From NCBI RefSeq assembly GCF_037042905.1, contig NC_087245.1, forward strand, positions 28,770,001-28,834,000: a stretch of DNA of 64,000 nt, read 5' to 3'. Both the position numbers and the translations under genes were made by a program. Of the stretch, positions 39,660 through 52,399 are shown piece after piece; the first letter of the stretch is position 1; each line of letters starts with the position of its first letter. Origin of the DNA: Lytechinus pictus (lineage: Eukaryota). Under the pieces are notes generated by a model. The model searched no databases and was not told the origin of the DNA. It saw nothing but the letters and a program-made list of their open reading frames with translations.

Positions 39660-42520
39660 ATGATAGGTAGGCATCCGTTCGTCTCCAAAGACTATGGTGT
39701 AGCGCTAGGTCTTACATTTTCGAGATGGCCATAGAGCCCCACTCTAGTGTGGCAGTCTCTGGCAGATGAATGAGGATGGCTCTGAGACAGGTTCAGATAG
39801 AGATGCTGCTCTCGCCTTCCTCCTAGCTCTTCCAGTCAGTTTCCGCCGTCTTGACCTCTACAGTAACAGCTACATCTTTTCAAGTTTTAATTTCTATGGC
39901 GGCAGTGTTTCATGTCTTTATAACGGAGGTGTGGTCTACCGATGGGGCGAGACCAATTACACAGTTCACCTTAACAGCATGTCTTCCGGGATACGCCCAG
40001 TATTCATGCGGCGAAGATGCCCCAACCACTTGTTGAGGCGCCTTTGACTTAGGAGCGAGAATATGCTGGGGATGCCAGCATGCTGAATGACTGCTATGTT
40101 CGTCACCTTGTCCTGTCATCGTGCAGGATACGTCTGCGGCAGCTGACATGGAAGGTGTTTAGATGCTTTTCCTGCCTCGTTTCATCAGCATTTTCGTCCG
40201 ACAAGTTGTCACGTCTGACATCTTTCCTTGATTATGATTGACTGAGAGCAGTGGCGTAACAGGCGGGGGGGGGGGGCAGGGGGGGCAAGCTGCCCCCCCT
40301 GGCGGAGCTCACCGGGAAAATTAAAAAAAAACGAGAAAAATAAAAAAAAGGGGGGAAGAAAGGGAAAGGGAAAGGAAAGAAAAAAGGGGAAAGGGGAAAG
40401 GAAAGAAAAAAGGGGAAAGGGGAAAGGAAAAGGGAAAAGAAAACTAAGAAAAAACATAAAAAAGGGAAAACGGAAAGATAACGTCAAAAGGAAGGAAAAA
40501 AGAACAAGTGAGAAAGAACAATTCGCCCCGATATACAAATACATTAGCATGATTAGTAAGACAGGGAAATTAATTAAAGATGACAAAAAGGCAAACAAAA
40601 GGGACAATATAACGTACACTACCGGGCTGCTGAGATAACGAGCGGGAAGAAAAATGGATAGTATATAGCATAATGTCGTATGAAAGTTTATCATAAACTT
40701 GCTAAATCTCCAAAGGCTCTGTCCAAGAGTCAAGACCCCGTGCAGTGGGGGCTCTTCCTCTGTAACCTTTAATGGGTTCTATAACGGGCCCCTATATGGA
40801 CCCTTCCTGCATTAAGCTTTACGTTGGAGCACTGGCGTACCAGGGGGTGGTTCCACAGCCAAGGGGAAATAAAAGAATATAAAGGAGGCAGCGAAATGAG
40901 ATGAAAAAAAATATATGACATGATATTTGCTATAATGATGTAAAAATCTATCACATAATTAGAATTTCATTTTAACAGGCCATTTTTTTCTGGCTCGCTT
41001 CGCTCGCTGGCGACTTTTTACAAATTTTCCCATATTTGCTATGGTGTGCCCCTCACAATAGTTGGATGATTACGATACACAACTGCATTGAATTTATGTG
41101 TTGTGTTAAATCTATATAAATATACACGCAATTTGATTAAAATAAGTGGCCATCTGTAAGGTTTAAAATGGCTTTGATATCAAGAGGTTCCGGGGCTCTG
41201 CCCTGGACCCCACCCATAAAGCACTGTTATATGGATGAGTTTGGACCATGACCCCCAAAAGTTCTACAACCAAACAAAAAAAATGAGGAAAGAAAGGAAA
41301 GTATATTACATTTTTCTGAATATCACGTTAAAATCTATCTTCATGTTAGATTCTCATGAAAATGTGATTTTTTATCTCGCTCGCTTCGCTCGCTCGGGAC
41401 CTATATTAAGCTACTTCTTGCCAGAAGCGCCATACTCGGCCCCCTCGAGCATATATAGAGCTTCGCCCTGATGCTCACAATCATAACAAAAATCCTGTTC
41501 ACCGTGGCGTACAAAAAAGAGAGAAAAAAGGAGAATTGAGGGTGAAATATGATATCATCTTTTTAACATTATTTTAAAATCTATTTCAAAATTAAATTTT
41601 TGCAATAAAAATGCCAAATTTTTTGCTCGCTCGCTTCGCTCGCTCGCTTATATATATATATATATGTATTTGCCCGATACGCCATATCGCCCCCTCAAAA
41701 TTTTTGCCTTTTGACGCCATTGCCTGTTCCATGATATGACCGGGAAATTTTTGGCTCTTGCCCCCCCTGGCCACCGACCCCTGTTACGCCGCTGACTGAG
41801 AGGCACTGTTACCATAACTGTCGGATAAAACGCTCCCGTGGACTCACTTCCATACAGGATGATCAATGCTAAGGACACGTACAGGCCCGGTAGACGCACA
41901 CCTTGGTATTGTGGGTCAGCTGGCTGTTGCTCCAATCGCGCTTGCTTGGCCATGACTGCGGCAGACTTCCCTATCTTGGTGCTTATCTCCTTGTCCAGTG
42001 AAAGAGAGCTGGAGACAGATGGTCGATCCAAGGTTGGTGAAGGAGTCAACCACCTTCAGACGATGCTGTTTGTAGAGATATCTGGGGGAGAGTCGATGCC
42101 TTGAGTCAGGATTTCTGTCTTCTTCAGGTTTGATGGTTAATCCAAACGCCTTACATGCACAAGAGAGGCACCTGACTAGGTCTTGCAGTCCCGTTACTAT
42201 GTGAGAGGCAAGAGCGGCGCCGTTGGCGTACATCTCACGAATGAGAACCTTGAAGAGTTTCCAATCTAATCTGGTAAGATGCCTTCTTTGCAATCGCCAA
42301 ATGCATAGTGGAGAAGCATGGAGAAGAAGACCCCAGGCTTGCTTCACGCCAATGCCCACAGGGATCAGAATGTTCCAGCGTTGTAGCAATCTGTGCTGTG
42401 CATGTCCTCATTTAATGATATGACCATCTATACCAGTCTTGGGGACATCTCCTGCAGGAGGCTAAATAGTCCACTCCTGCTGACCAAATCAAATACTTTT
42501 GTCAGGTCTAAAAGCCCAAT
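39660..42520 (-). mobile_element. Decayed RTE-clade LINE split by nested insertions (LINE parts about 39660-40177 and 41838-42520)
   Basis: The right part encodes GVKQ, REMYANGAALASH, CKAFGLTI and LYGSES. The left part continues RQEKHLNTFH...GIPSIFSLLSQRRL...WLGHLRRMNTGRIP, the expected downstream RTE sequence. Confidence 0.88.
40249..41794. mobile_element. hAT-type non-autonomous element inserted in a MITE (about 40178-41837) inside the RTE
   Basis: CAGTGGCGTAACAGG / CCTGTTACGCCGCTG termini; 8-bp TSD ACTGAGAG. Related copies of the host MITE lie near 16488 and 44212. Confidence 0.9.
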
Positions 42521-45057
42521 GATATAAAGAAAGGTAATTAAGACATTGAAATACACCCTATTCCTACCGTAATTGAGTTTTCGTATTTTATTCTAGAAAT
42601 TTATTAATTTCAATATTTCTTTAAAATACAACAATGGATTCTATGTAACCGGTCGAAATGATCTCCAGTAGAAGCCACATTAGCCACTGAACTGGGACAC
42701 GCTAGGAGCACAAAAAATTCATTTAGTCAGATATATGTACCTCAACTAAGAAATTTTCACAATCCATCTCGAAGCACTCATTGGACACTTTAATTGCTGA
42801 AAAAAGGTATAGAGAAGCCTTCATAATTCAAATAATACTTTGAAATCTCTTCAGTACAAAAGGATGAATGGACATCGTGGATTTGACCTGAAGATTACCT
42901 TGTTTTGCAAAATGAATCACAGAAATGGATTCTACATCTTTCTGGAGCAAGGAGTTCAAATTAAATTTCAATTTGCCATCTGGCGGCTATTTTGAATGTA
43001 TGCAAATTATCACTGAAAATCGCCCAAAGTTGCCGTTTGGGCAACCAAGCTGAATTTGTTCTAGTACTCCATAGGAACATGAATCAAGAAAAAAAAACTT
43101 CATCGGAAAAAAAAAATGTCTAAGTTGGTGCATTGAGCCTTTGGGACTGTCACATTGAGTATTTCTTCTTCATTTTTATCTTTCTTATTCAGAATAAAAT
43201 GCATTTTTGCCCCCCCCCCCCGAAAGCGAAGCCGGGGACTTCTTTGTCTTTCCCTATATTGCCATTGTACCTTATCACCCCCTCCCATCCGTGACCGATT
43301 ATCAGTTCAAGGGCTCCGGCGGGGTGTAATCTTAATTGACATACATTTTGATGATTAACATTTTAAAACGCCTTCTAAATTAACGAGCAATGCCGTATAT
43401 GCCTAATTAATCATTTTCACGAAGATTTCATTTAACGTACGACCTAATTAGGCAAAATGGTATAGCACAATAATAGCAGACCGATCAAAAATTGTTGCCT
43501 ATATTGTCTGGGTATTCTGACAACTATAACAACGAGCCAATATCCGTTGTGCTGAGAAATTTTAATATTAAAAATTGCTTGCGGAAATCTATTCGATGAA
43601 GACAGGATCATGTAGCATATGCTTCAAATGGGTGAATATAACCATCTATACTGAAAAGTCAATACATGCTTCAGAAAGAAGTCTATTGTCGGAGTGACAC
43701 CCACCCTATACACCGTAATTGTAAAATATGTTCAAACATTTTCTTCATCAGCCAGGAAACTGGCAGACATACTGCGTTTTTCGAAATCACATTTCTCAGT
43801 TGTATTCCTGTGAAAAAATAGTGATTACCAGTCGTGGTCTTGTCAGCAGTAGATTTCCATTTTTTGATATTCATCTAATCATTGTCAAACTAGCTGTGTG
43901 TTCAACATGTTTATGTGGAATAATCACGTTTATTGAAATCGTCAAACTATATACGAATTTTTCGTAAACGGACTCAATTAATCATTTTTTAAAAGTTCAT
44001 ACATCAATATTTTGTTCAGGCAAATATTTCGTTGAAAAATAAAAAATCGTCGGTTATATTATGAATACACGATTTGAAATAATCCTGAAGAAACTCTTGT
44101 GATTATAGAAAGACATTTGTGTATATCGATATCTTTTCTTCATAATGATTGCACAATGATCGTTGATTATATCAACTTTGATAAACCACATTAAGAACAG
44201 TGCACAATCCTTGAGAGCGTTAAATCAACATTTGTCGTCTGACAAATTGTCAAGTCTGACAACTTCCCTCAATTTTGATCGACTGAGAACGCCATGTTTA
44301 TAGGGGATAAAGTATCCGACAGGCCCTTTTGTGAAAAGGTCCCCTGGTTTTCAAACGGGTGCTTTTAAAATAAACATGTTAATGATCGAATCTCTTTGTA
44401 GGTGTGTCAATGCATGAATTAAGGTGTTGATGTACGTGCATTTATGAACGACAAGACAAGTTGCTATTGACACCATTCTCCGTGATTGACATTAATTAAC
44501 ATGATGTTTTAGCAGAGGTGTCATATTCTGAATGTTCAAACAATATCGATCATCACGTACACCTCCTTTGTGGAGAATATGGCAAATCTCATTTCGGCTC
44601 GAAATTTGGATACTGTAATTTAGCGAGTTTCTGAAGAAAGAACAAATATGGAGCGATCTTAATAAAAAGGCACGGTCCTGAATAATAATATAAGGACATT
44701 CGGGTTTGAAAAAAGTTATTAAAATTTGATTCTGCCGAGGTTCATCTTCGAAATTACGCATAGCTATTTCTTTTAGTCTTTTTACGACTTTCATGATAAG
44801 ATCGAAAAGAACTAACGGGTGAAATGACAGAGGCATCATTCTGATTAAGACACTAAATTCATGTTATTTGTCCTTATGGATGCTTCTGAATAAAGATTTA
44901 AATCTTCGTATTGATACCCAAAGTCTATATTTTCTTAGGGCCGGCTGGATCACCTTGTGGTTGGTCAGCGTCAAGCTTGCATTTCACTAGTTCACATCTC
45001 CAATACTTATCCATCGATTCTGTGGACACTTATTTTTTCGTTTGTCAGCAGTGAACA

Positions 45058-46263
45058 ATGAAATCAAACGCAAATTCCACCTTTTCGAATGATGATAGTT
45101 ATTCTCATGATGGTAATTACGGAAGACCAGGTCACCCAACAGCATGGCTTGCTACCATTCCACTGCTTACATCTGTAATAAGTGCTGTGACCACGGTTGG
45201 CAACCTCATGGTGATTGTGGCATACTGTCGAGATCACCGCATCCGGTCAAGTGCGGCTAACCTGCTCATTTTAAATCTTGCATTCACGGACTTGACAGTG
45301 GGTGCCCTCTTGTGGCCCATCAATATCGTGTGGCTGATCAAGGACTACTGGTCATTCGGTGAAATCCTCTGTAAATTGTGGTTGGTCACTGACTACACTA
45401 TGACAGCGATGTCCGTTTTAACCATGGTCCTGATAAGTTGGGATCGGTACTGTCTGTTAGCGATGGGAGTGCAGTATCGGACAGTCCAGACTAAGAAGCG
45501 CATTGGGATCATCATCTGCGTTACATGGGCCGTCGAACTGGTTTGGTACATTTTCATGGCATTTGCGTGGAGTCCAATCACAGGACATTACGGGGTGGAT
45601 TATGCAGTCGAGTGCGACTTGGAAACGTAGACCAGTCTTGCCCCGACACTGATCCATAACACGATTCAGATATATATACCATTTGTAATCCTGATAGCAT
45701 TGAACCTTGCTGTTTATTCCAATATCAAACGGAGATCCAGAGGGATCGTTGGGCAGAGTCCTGGGAACGAATTATCCACACTTCGGGCAACTGATGGAGA
45801 TAGGTTTCAAACAGCAGCAATAAGTCTAAATGGACAAGATAGGTCTACTCGTTCTAATTCACCAAGTACATTGGCAAATGCTGCTGACGCAAAGGCCATC
45901 AAGGAAAAACCGAACGGAAGCTTATCAAACCATGAACCGCACGCCAAGGATAAGAAGGAGTTGATCTCGAAGGAACTGGCATTTGCCCGACATCGCAAAG
46001 CCGCTGTGGTTCTTGGTATCCTCGTAGGTTGTTTCCTCATCTGTTGGTTGCCTGTCCAGGTAACTAGTATAATGTACGCCATCTGTGGCAACAACTGCGT
46101 TTCCTCGCTCAGCAATGACATCACAGCCACACTCGTTTGGGGAAACTCAATGTTAAATCCATTCATCTACGCTGCCACCAATAAACATTTTTGGCGGAAC
46201 TTTCGGCGTTTTCTGCTCCTAATTGATTGCCGACCCTGTGGACGGAAGCTATGTGGAGCTTAA
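45058..46263 (+). pseudogene. Intronless class A aminergic GPCR (histamine H3/H4- or muscarinic-like) with a single in-frame TAG at 45628-45630
   Basis: GN in TM1, NLAFTD in TM2, CKLWLVTDY with Asp3.32, WDRY, CWLP in TM6 and NSMLNPFIY in TM7. ORFs 45058-45630 and 45700-46263 share a frame, and the codons between them read as TM5 (TSLAPTLIHNTIQIYIPFVILIALN). AATAAA follows near 46291. Confidence 0.88.
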
Positions 46264-46824
46264 CATTTGGCTATATAAATCCATTTTAATAATAAAAAAA
46301 AGAATGGAACTTTCCCTTTTTCCTGTAAACTTTGCTTTCATCATAGCAATTTTGCTTATGAGACATTAATCTTTCACTTAAAGCTCAATTTATTGTTAGA
46401 AGTGAAAAGAATTCTAGAAAAGTGACATGAAAAATACTAGGCCAACATAATTATATAATATTATGACTGTATTTAGCGTAAAAATCATATGCCTTGGATG
46501 TAAAAAAAGGGGTATGAGAAATCATCTAAAATTTTACACTTTTTAATTCTGAAGTATTCTGATCTAAGAAAATTAAAATCATCATTGCATTTCATTTAAA
46601 AGATTTTTTTTTCATTTCGCATTTTTTTCAAAAAAAGGTTTTAAACAACATGTTTAAAATTGTTTAACGGTTTCAAAGAATTTAAACAGATGTTTAAAAG
46701 TTTAAATATGTTGTTGTTGGGGTTACGGGTTTAAACAACGTGCTATTTGTGTGTAAGGGTGAGTGTGTGTGCATGATGTTTTTTTTTTTTATGTTTACTT
46801 TTTACATGTTTTATTAAATCAGGC

Positions 46825-48062
46825 AGATTTGAAGATTATCTATCTCACAGAAGTCAATATGTGATGGTCAATGGTGTCAAATCCTCAATACAGCATCTCA
46901 ACTGTGGTGTCCCTCAAGGATCTGTCTTGGACCCTCTCTTGTTCCTTATATATGTCAATGATATTTATCAAATCTTCTTCTCTTCTCAAGTTTTCCCTGT
47001 TTGCCGACGATACTTGTGCACTCATGAGTAGCAGAAACAATAAAACACTTGTCTTGTCGGTAAACAGGGAAATAGCAAATTTATCTAACTGGTTCAAAGC
47101 AAATAGATTATCTCTGAATATAGCCAAAACAAACTATATTATATTTATATCAAGGAACAAGAGAGTGCCCCATGACCTATCACACATTATAATTGATAAT
47201 CTCGTAATTTCTAAATTGAAGAATATAAAATTTCTTGGAGTTACTTTTAATGAGATAATGGATTGGAGCATACGCATATCAGAACTTTGTAAATCTTTGT
47301 CTAAAAATGTTGGTATTATATACATGTATCAATTGAAATTTATATTACATTCTAATGTATTAAATATCCTTTATAGTAGCCTTATCTTGCCACATCTGAA
47401 TGATTTATATAACTATATTTGGGGTAATACATACAAATCACGCGTTCTAAAACTATATATCCTACAGAAAAATCAATCCGATTAATTACGAAGTTCCATA
47501 TGCAAAGTGCTAGTAAACCCCTTTTCAAAAAGAAGAATATTTACCTCTACATGAACTAATTACTTTAAATACTCAGTTAAAAATAAGATTTTCCTTTGAA
47601 ATATTGCAATATGTTTTCACTCAATTCAAATGTTCATTCATATGCTACTCGACAAAAAGATAATTTTCATGTTCCGGAATTGAGACTTTCTTCTTCTTTA
47701 AATTCACTAGCTATAGTCGGTAAAAAATATGGAATCAACTCCCAACTTCCCTAAAAGATTGCTCAACTGTATCCCTTTGAAAAAAAAAATGTGTAGGGCC
47801 TACTTAATGGAAAATCTATAAAATTACCAGGGTTTGTGTGTGTGGGTGTGTGTATGTTTATGTATTTGCATTTATATCTGCTGATAAAGTTTGCGTTTTG
47901 TTAGTTTTCTGTTTCTAATTGTAAATTTTGTCAATGCTATTGTTTTGGGGGCCATTCTCTATAAGCAGTTTGCTTTTTTATTAATTGCATAATTTTGTAC
48001 ACGGTATGATTTGTATTTACATATTTTCTGGTTTAATAAATTAAATTGAATTGAATTGAAAA
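46825..48062 (+). mobile_element. 5'-truncated L2-group (Crack/Daphne-like) LINE
   Basis: YLSHRSQYV, CGVPQGSVLDPLLFLIYVND, SLFADDT and WFKANRLSLNIAKT with frameshifts; AATAAA followed by an (ATTGA)n tail at about 48036-48060. Confidence 0.9.
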
Positions 48063-48187
48063 AAATCCTACAATAGTTGATTTTCCTTCCTTTTGAAAAG
48101 ACATCAAATCTGATAAACAATTAATTTCATTAACATGATTAATGCAGGTTATTTGGCCCATTAGTCTTTTTTAATATGCGCAGGCCT

Positions 48188-51100
48188 CAACCGCGTAGCC
48201 AGGATCTCATTTTGGAGGCCGAGGGGCGGTAAATGCACGCGAAGCGTGCTGGACACTAACAGAGCGCGCGAAGCGCGCTCCCTACGGGGTGGGTACAGGG
48301 AGGGGGAGTTTCCCCCTCCCTTGCGAAGCGCAAAGCTTTTGGTGTTTCATAAATTAAAATGAAAAGGAGCCGTCTCTCTTGTCTCTAGTACCTATATCAG
48401 CTCCAATTCAGTTGACTATATTGTGATTTTGAACCTTGTTTTCAAAAAAGATTGTGAACGCACAAAAAAGGAATACAATGGAGGAAATTAAAATAATAAT
48501 AACCCCGCGCGAAGCGCGGAAGCTAAAGCGTTTTATCAATTTTTTGCCATGAAAAGGGTCCCGAGAAAAGGGTATTCTCAAACATATATTGAATACTTCC
48601 CTTGGAAAGATCAGATTTGATTACAAACAATTTAGCGACAGTGCATATCTTTAACTCGCAAAACAGAGGAGAAGAAGTGTATATGCCGGGAGGAAGATAT
48701 TCCTCCCCGCGCAGATCAACGAAACTCTGAAATTTCAAAGGGCGGACGTTTCATCAAATGCAGATATCTCCAATACCCCATCAAATCTAATTCAATTAAT
48801 TTTCTAAGATTATTGAACTTCATTACAAGGAAAATAGTGCGCAAAAAGTTGAAACTTCTGTGATTTATTGAAATTATATAAAAAAGGACGCCTAATTTCT
48901 TTGACTTATCCTGAAGCGCTTCGTTTTGAATTATAAATAAACTTAAGTGTTATCACAATTTCAAACTGAGGGCGCAAAACAGGACAGGAGATGAATGTGC
49001 AGGGAAATGACATGAAGTTTAATAGAATTTGATAAAAAATATTGTACTGTACTTTTTTATTTAATACGACACGAATTTTATACCTTCCTCTTTTTAAATT
49101 AGGAACCTGTTTTCCCCCAAAATTATGGTTGTTTAGTAATGAGCTGAAAAGCGTGAGAAGTTGACTTTATGGAGGTGACGGCAGAAATTGATATAAAGAT
49201 TTTACCCGCCCGGAGCCGACCCGACCAGAAGTTGCGCGATCAATTAAAAAAAAATAACTTCATATACTTCGGCTTAACCTTACTCTAATTCCATGCCCTA
49301 ATGTATACATTTGAACTTTAACTGGCAAGAAACACATATAGCTGAGGTGGAAAAACAGGGTTAGAGAAAGGATGGGGGAAACAATTGAGATCTTCAATAT
49401 TGTCATTTAACCGCGCGCAGCGCGGAAGCAAAATTCATATATAAATTTAGAGCAAAAGTGAAGGAGTTTCTCTTTTAAGAAAAAAAAAAGAATTAAAAAA
49501 AAAAACCAAAGCTACCTTTCTTCCCTTTTTTCCCTTCCCTTTTCCTTTTCTCCTCTCTTTTTTCCCTTTTTTTCTTTTTGGGGACGTTTTTTTTTTGGGT
49601 GCCAGGTAAAATTGGCAGAGGTAATAATGGCAGAGGTAAAAATGGCAGAGGTGAAAATGGCAGAAGTAAAAATGGCAGAGGTAATAATGGCAGAGGTAAA
49701 AATGGCAGAGGTAAAAATGGCAGGGGTAAAAATGGCATAGGTAAAAATGGCAGATTTAAAAATGGCAGAGGTAAAAATGGCAGAGGTAATAATGGCAGAG
49801 GTAAAAATGGCAGGGGTAAAAATGGCAGATGTAAAAATGGCAGAGGTAATAATGGCAGAGGTGAAATGGCAGGGGTTATAACGGGAGAGGTAAAAATGAG
49901 AGCTCTAGGTAAAATATGGCCAGTCTTAAACCCCCATGCAATGAATTGTCAAAAAGCCCCCGCATGTAAAATCCTGAAGATTTTTCCACATTTTAACATT
50001 GGTACAGATCCATTTAAGCAAATGACGATATAACTGTCGAAAAATATTTCCGCTTGAGTGAGCACCACTTACTTTTGAAAAGTTATTGAAAAATGGGGTG
50101 CTGGTTTGTTAAAAAGCCGAGAAAAAAAGTTTTCAATCCAAAATGAAAGGGGATTTGGTTAAGGGGGAAAATGACACAAAAATTATTTCAACTAAATGAA
50201 GTTCTTTTAGGTCAGAAAACGAATTACAACAAAAATAATAACAATTAGATAATAAACAATGTTTTTTCTTCTGTTTGAAAAATAACAGAGATTTATATCA
50301 AATCTCTACATTTTAGCATACCAAGCTAATTACCAAGAGGGTGCTGCTTATGGTGTACAAAATACCCAACAGTACTTCCGCTTCCAAGGGTTATGACCAT
50401 CAAGGCGTTTATATCATATTGGATGCAGTGGTTAAGGTTCAGGGTCTTCTTTTATGCAAAGAATCTGAACCAGACGGTCCCCCTCGATCGACCCCAAATT
50501 GGTTTACCAGTCAAAACAGGATTACTATTGATTTTCATAATCAGTTACATATTCAGTGCCAAGCCTGGGAACGCATGCTTATTGTCATTCAAATATTTAA
50601 AAAGAATAGTACAGATGACATTACAAATAAGGACATAATATTTAACCACAATCATTCGTGACAATTTCAACGTCTAAGTTTTCCCCGCTATGTTCTCTGT
50701 GTTTTTCTCCGCCCCCGTAACCCTCTCTGTCTCACCACCTCTCTTATGTCTACTCTTCCTCCTTTTTGCATCGGTAAACCTGGCAAAACTTTAGATATAA
50801 AAAACCAGCCAGACAAAAAGGAATGTTATGAAATGATGAATGAGAATAGTGCAGTTTTATTTTTCTCCTGATAAATTGAATGAAAAAAATCTGTCGTTTG
50901 ATTTCTTTTTAAAAAGCGTTCACGGTACACCTCCAACGAATTCGTAAATAGCATTGTAAGGCCGATGAAGACATAATGATGATGAAATGCCTAACCGTGA
51001 CATGCACTTCTTATTTAATGTATGTACATGCGGGGGCTTTTTGACAATTTATTGCATGGGGGTTTAAGACTGGCCATATTTTACCTAGAGCTGTCATTTT

Positions 51101-51516
51101 TACCTCTCCCATTATAACCCCTGCCATTTTACCTCTGGCATTATTACCTCTGCCATTTTTACATCTGCCATTTTTACCTCTACCATTTTTACCTCTGCCA
51201 TTTTTTTTACCTCTGCCATTTTTACCTCTGCCATTATTATCTCTGCCATTTTTACTCCTGCCATTTTTGCCTCTGCCATTTTTACCTCTGCCATTATTAC
51301 CCCTGCCATTTTTACCTCTGCCATTATTACCTCTGCCATTTTTACCTCTGCCATGTTTACATCTGCCATTTTTACCTCTGCCATTTTTACCTCTGCCATT
51401 TTTACCTCTGCCATTATTGCCTCTGCCATTATTACCTCTGCCATTTTTACACCGAGCCTTTTTTGTGGGGGGGGGGGGGGGCGACCGCCCCCACCGCCCC
51501 CCTGGCTACGCGCCTG
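48188..51516 (+). mobile_element. Non-autonomous hAT-type element, copy 2 (interrupted by the second foldback element)
   Basis: Same TIRs as 12965-14436. Perfect 8-bp TSD GCAGGCCT at 48180-48187 and 51517-51524. Confidence 0.9.
49598..51458. mobile_element. Second foldback (TU-like) element: 15-bp tandem outer domain plus non-repetitive inner inverted domain
   Basis: Arrays of AAAAATGGCAGAGGT at 49606-49875, inverted at 51119-51450. Unique inner inverted repeat at about 49875-49968 and 51025-51118. Inserted in the T-run of a host element and flanked by TTTTTTG. Confidence 0.88.
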
Positions 51517-51960
51517 GCAGGCCTATATGCATGTACATGTAACTGTCCCCCGAAATGACGTCCAAAGATATGTGTTTTATGCCCATAGTTTGATTTTATA
51601 CAAAAATACAACATCCCTTTTGAATGTCGATCACACATGTGTTGTCAATGAATAATCTTTTAACGATTTCTCTCATATGTCCGTATCGCATATTTCCATT
51701 GATCCATGTTTACATTTCTGGTCTATTCAAGCATATAGTTTCATTTTGTTTGCCAACAACGTTCGCATGTGAACGAGTTTTAAACCTACCAATTACATGA
51801 AACTCATATTAAGGCAGGACCCTGGGAACGATTTATTATTTTTTATTATACCCCGCTGCCCGACTGACAATAAACCCGATGAACTACACCCAAACGCCTC
51901 GTCATAAGGCCTTTATTTTTTTGTCATTGATTATACTAAAACGACCTTTACCGTTTAGCA

Positions 51961-52153
51961 ATGGAGTCGTCTGAAGAGCTGGATACATGGCGCTACGTTA
52001 TAATGTTAGCCAAGTTTATGATGCATTTTCTTCACAATGGACTAATAAGATCACTATCAGTTCTCATTCCCTATCTCGCCTTTCAACTGGACATGGAATA
52101 CTCAACTTCTGGATTCCTGGTTACACTGCAGGCTGGCATATACTATATCGCTT
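51961..52153 (+). CDS. SLC16/monocarboxylate-transporter-like MFS protein, exon 1
   Basis: ATG; WRYVIMLAKFMMHFLHNGLIRSLSVLIPYL resembles MCT TM1; donor T|GTAAGA, phase 1. Confidence 0.85.
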
Positions 52154-52399
52154 GTAAGATTCTTCTCATGATTATTATTTTGAATCGAGCCTCTCTATAG
52201 CTTAGCTCCCAGTCGTGTATTCGGAATTACGATTTAAATATGAAACTAGGGCAAGTCTCGCCTGCATAGAAGAAGTGAGACATAAGGCGCCGTTTTTCCG
52301 ACGGCAGCGGCGGGGTTTTGACGGTGTCGTCCACATTGAAATCTTGACCAAGATTAGGTTTGTGAAATATCATCATCGCTTTCCAAATATATGGATCTA

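Larger units (their letters stand above)
38930..43130. mobile_element. Large degenerate TIR element; ends approximate; encloses the RTE/MITE/hAT nest
   Basis: CGATGAAGTTTTTT...AATTCAGCTTGGTTGCCCAAACGGCAACT...GATAATTTGCATA at 38951-39050 is inverted at about 42998-43105. No TSD identified. Confidence 0.65.

Noticed and set aside
40209..40733. Long Phe-rich hydrophobic ORFs (also at 1532, 25513 and 63026)
   Set aside because: They arise from purine-rich or trinucleotide low-complexity tracts read on the opposite strand.
46871..47485. 204-aa ORF as a host gene
   Set aside because: It is a frameshifted fragment of a LINE reverse transcriptase.
49493..51655. KNGRG / MAEVK / LPLPF repeat ORFs
   Set aside because: They are translations of the 15-bp arms of the second foldback element.
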